9,172 nt of DNA from Geosiphon pyriformis uo1 (lineage: Eukaryota > Fungi > Glomeromycota). The number at the start of each line of letters is the position of its first letter. The stretch's first letter is position 1. Of this stretch, positions 8,442-9,172 are shown in pieces. A program made the position numbers and the translations under genes. Location of the stretch: assembly GCA_016748015.1 (NCBI GenBank), contig JAAOMT010000166.1, positions 1 through 9,172 of the forward strand, in the 5' to 3' direction. Under the pieces are notes generated by a model. That model did not search any database, was not told where the DNA came from, and saw only the letters and a program-made list of their open reading frames with translations.

Positions 8442-9172
8442 GGGTCCGGTAGAAAGGGTGGTTGTGGTTCAAACTGACTTGGGTTAAAAGCCCTTTGGAT
8501 ACCACTTACTCTCATACTCGAGGCCGCCATGTTTGTGATTGGGGCAAAGGTTACTTGTATACCAGCCCAGTACTTATTTTCCCCATCCTATTCGCTGTTG
8601 GATGCGATCCTTAGCCTCCCTTGTACCCGCCCCTCCAATGACCCACATACACAAAGCAATACCAGGGGTAGTTACTGATTTTACGCATACCTTTGATTGG
8701 TTGTTGGGGCCTAGGGCTGGTAAACCCCTCGCAGAGGACCCGTTGATTTTGAGTAGTAGGGACCTAGTATACTTTCTAAAGGACCCACACCAACAACAGT
8801 GGTTACCATACTGCATGCCCATGGGGGAGGATTGCTAGTACTTGAACTGGGACTTTGAGGGATCCCATGGCACCTTGACTCTTGACTTGGTGATCTAAGA
8901 GGGTATACTCTATTATGGGATGGATGGATAGTAGGACCATTGGATACTAGTACTGTGTATTTGGTTTGCAGCAGGATACAGGGCGAGTAGTACTTTTGGG
9001 GAGCTGGAGAGGTCAGTTGCCATACCCCATACAAATACAACCTCGGATATTATGGGATTACTTTATATGAGTACCCTTTTGGCCCCCACCTAAATAACTT
9101 TCCACTACCCTCATACACACCCCCCAAATCCGTACCCATACTTACTACTCCTTATTGGTTGGATAGGGCCCC
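8442..9172 (+). repeat. Terminal direct repeat, right copy (731 bp)
   Basis: Appears identical to 1-731. It stops exactly where the left copy enters the long C-tract at 728-781, a typical assembly break point. Confidence 0.97.

Noticed and set aside
1-9172. LTR retrotransposon or provirus (731-bp direct repeats as LTRs)
   Set aside because: No TG...CA ends, no primer-binding site after the left copy, and no gag, RT or integrase remnants seen. The repeat ends at a homopolymer, as expected for an assembly overlap.
1-9172. CRISPR array or tRNA genes
   Set aside because: No regularly spaced repeats. The T-loop-like GGTTCAAA at 25-32 lacks a paired T-arm and a cloverleaf.

Overview
The window is one 8,441-bp unit plus a 731-bp terminal direct repeat (1-731 = 8442-9172). 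It most likely represents a complete circular or head-to-tail concatemeric DNA. I cannot support any protein-coding gene. The longest standard-code ORF is 139 aa, none resembles a family I recognise, and spot translation with stop-codon readthrough gave no Rep, helicase, RT, capsid or respiratory-chain motif. The structure lies in the DNA itself. Short palindromes are strongly enriched (at least 18 GGATCC and about 23 AGTACT per unit, counted by eye). CpG and GpC are visibly scarce. Long C-runs (C7-C20) occur on the + strand only, and G/T-rich blocks alternate with C/A-rich blocks. A GC-rich multi-hairpin island around a C10-A-C20 tract (about 2611-2735) is the best candidate origin or control region. 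A few short matches to conserved rRNA motifs are scattered on both strands and may be chance. My working hypothesis (inference only) is an essentially non-coding replicon of a eukaryote or organelle, such as one chromosome of a multipartite mitochondrial or plastid genome, a guide-RNA or gene-module circle, or a helper-dependent satellite. The host cannot be determined from this sequence.
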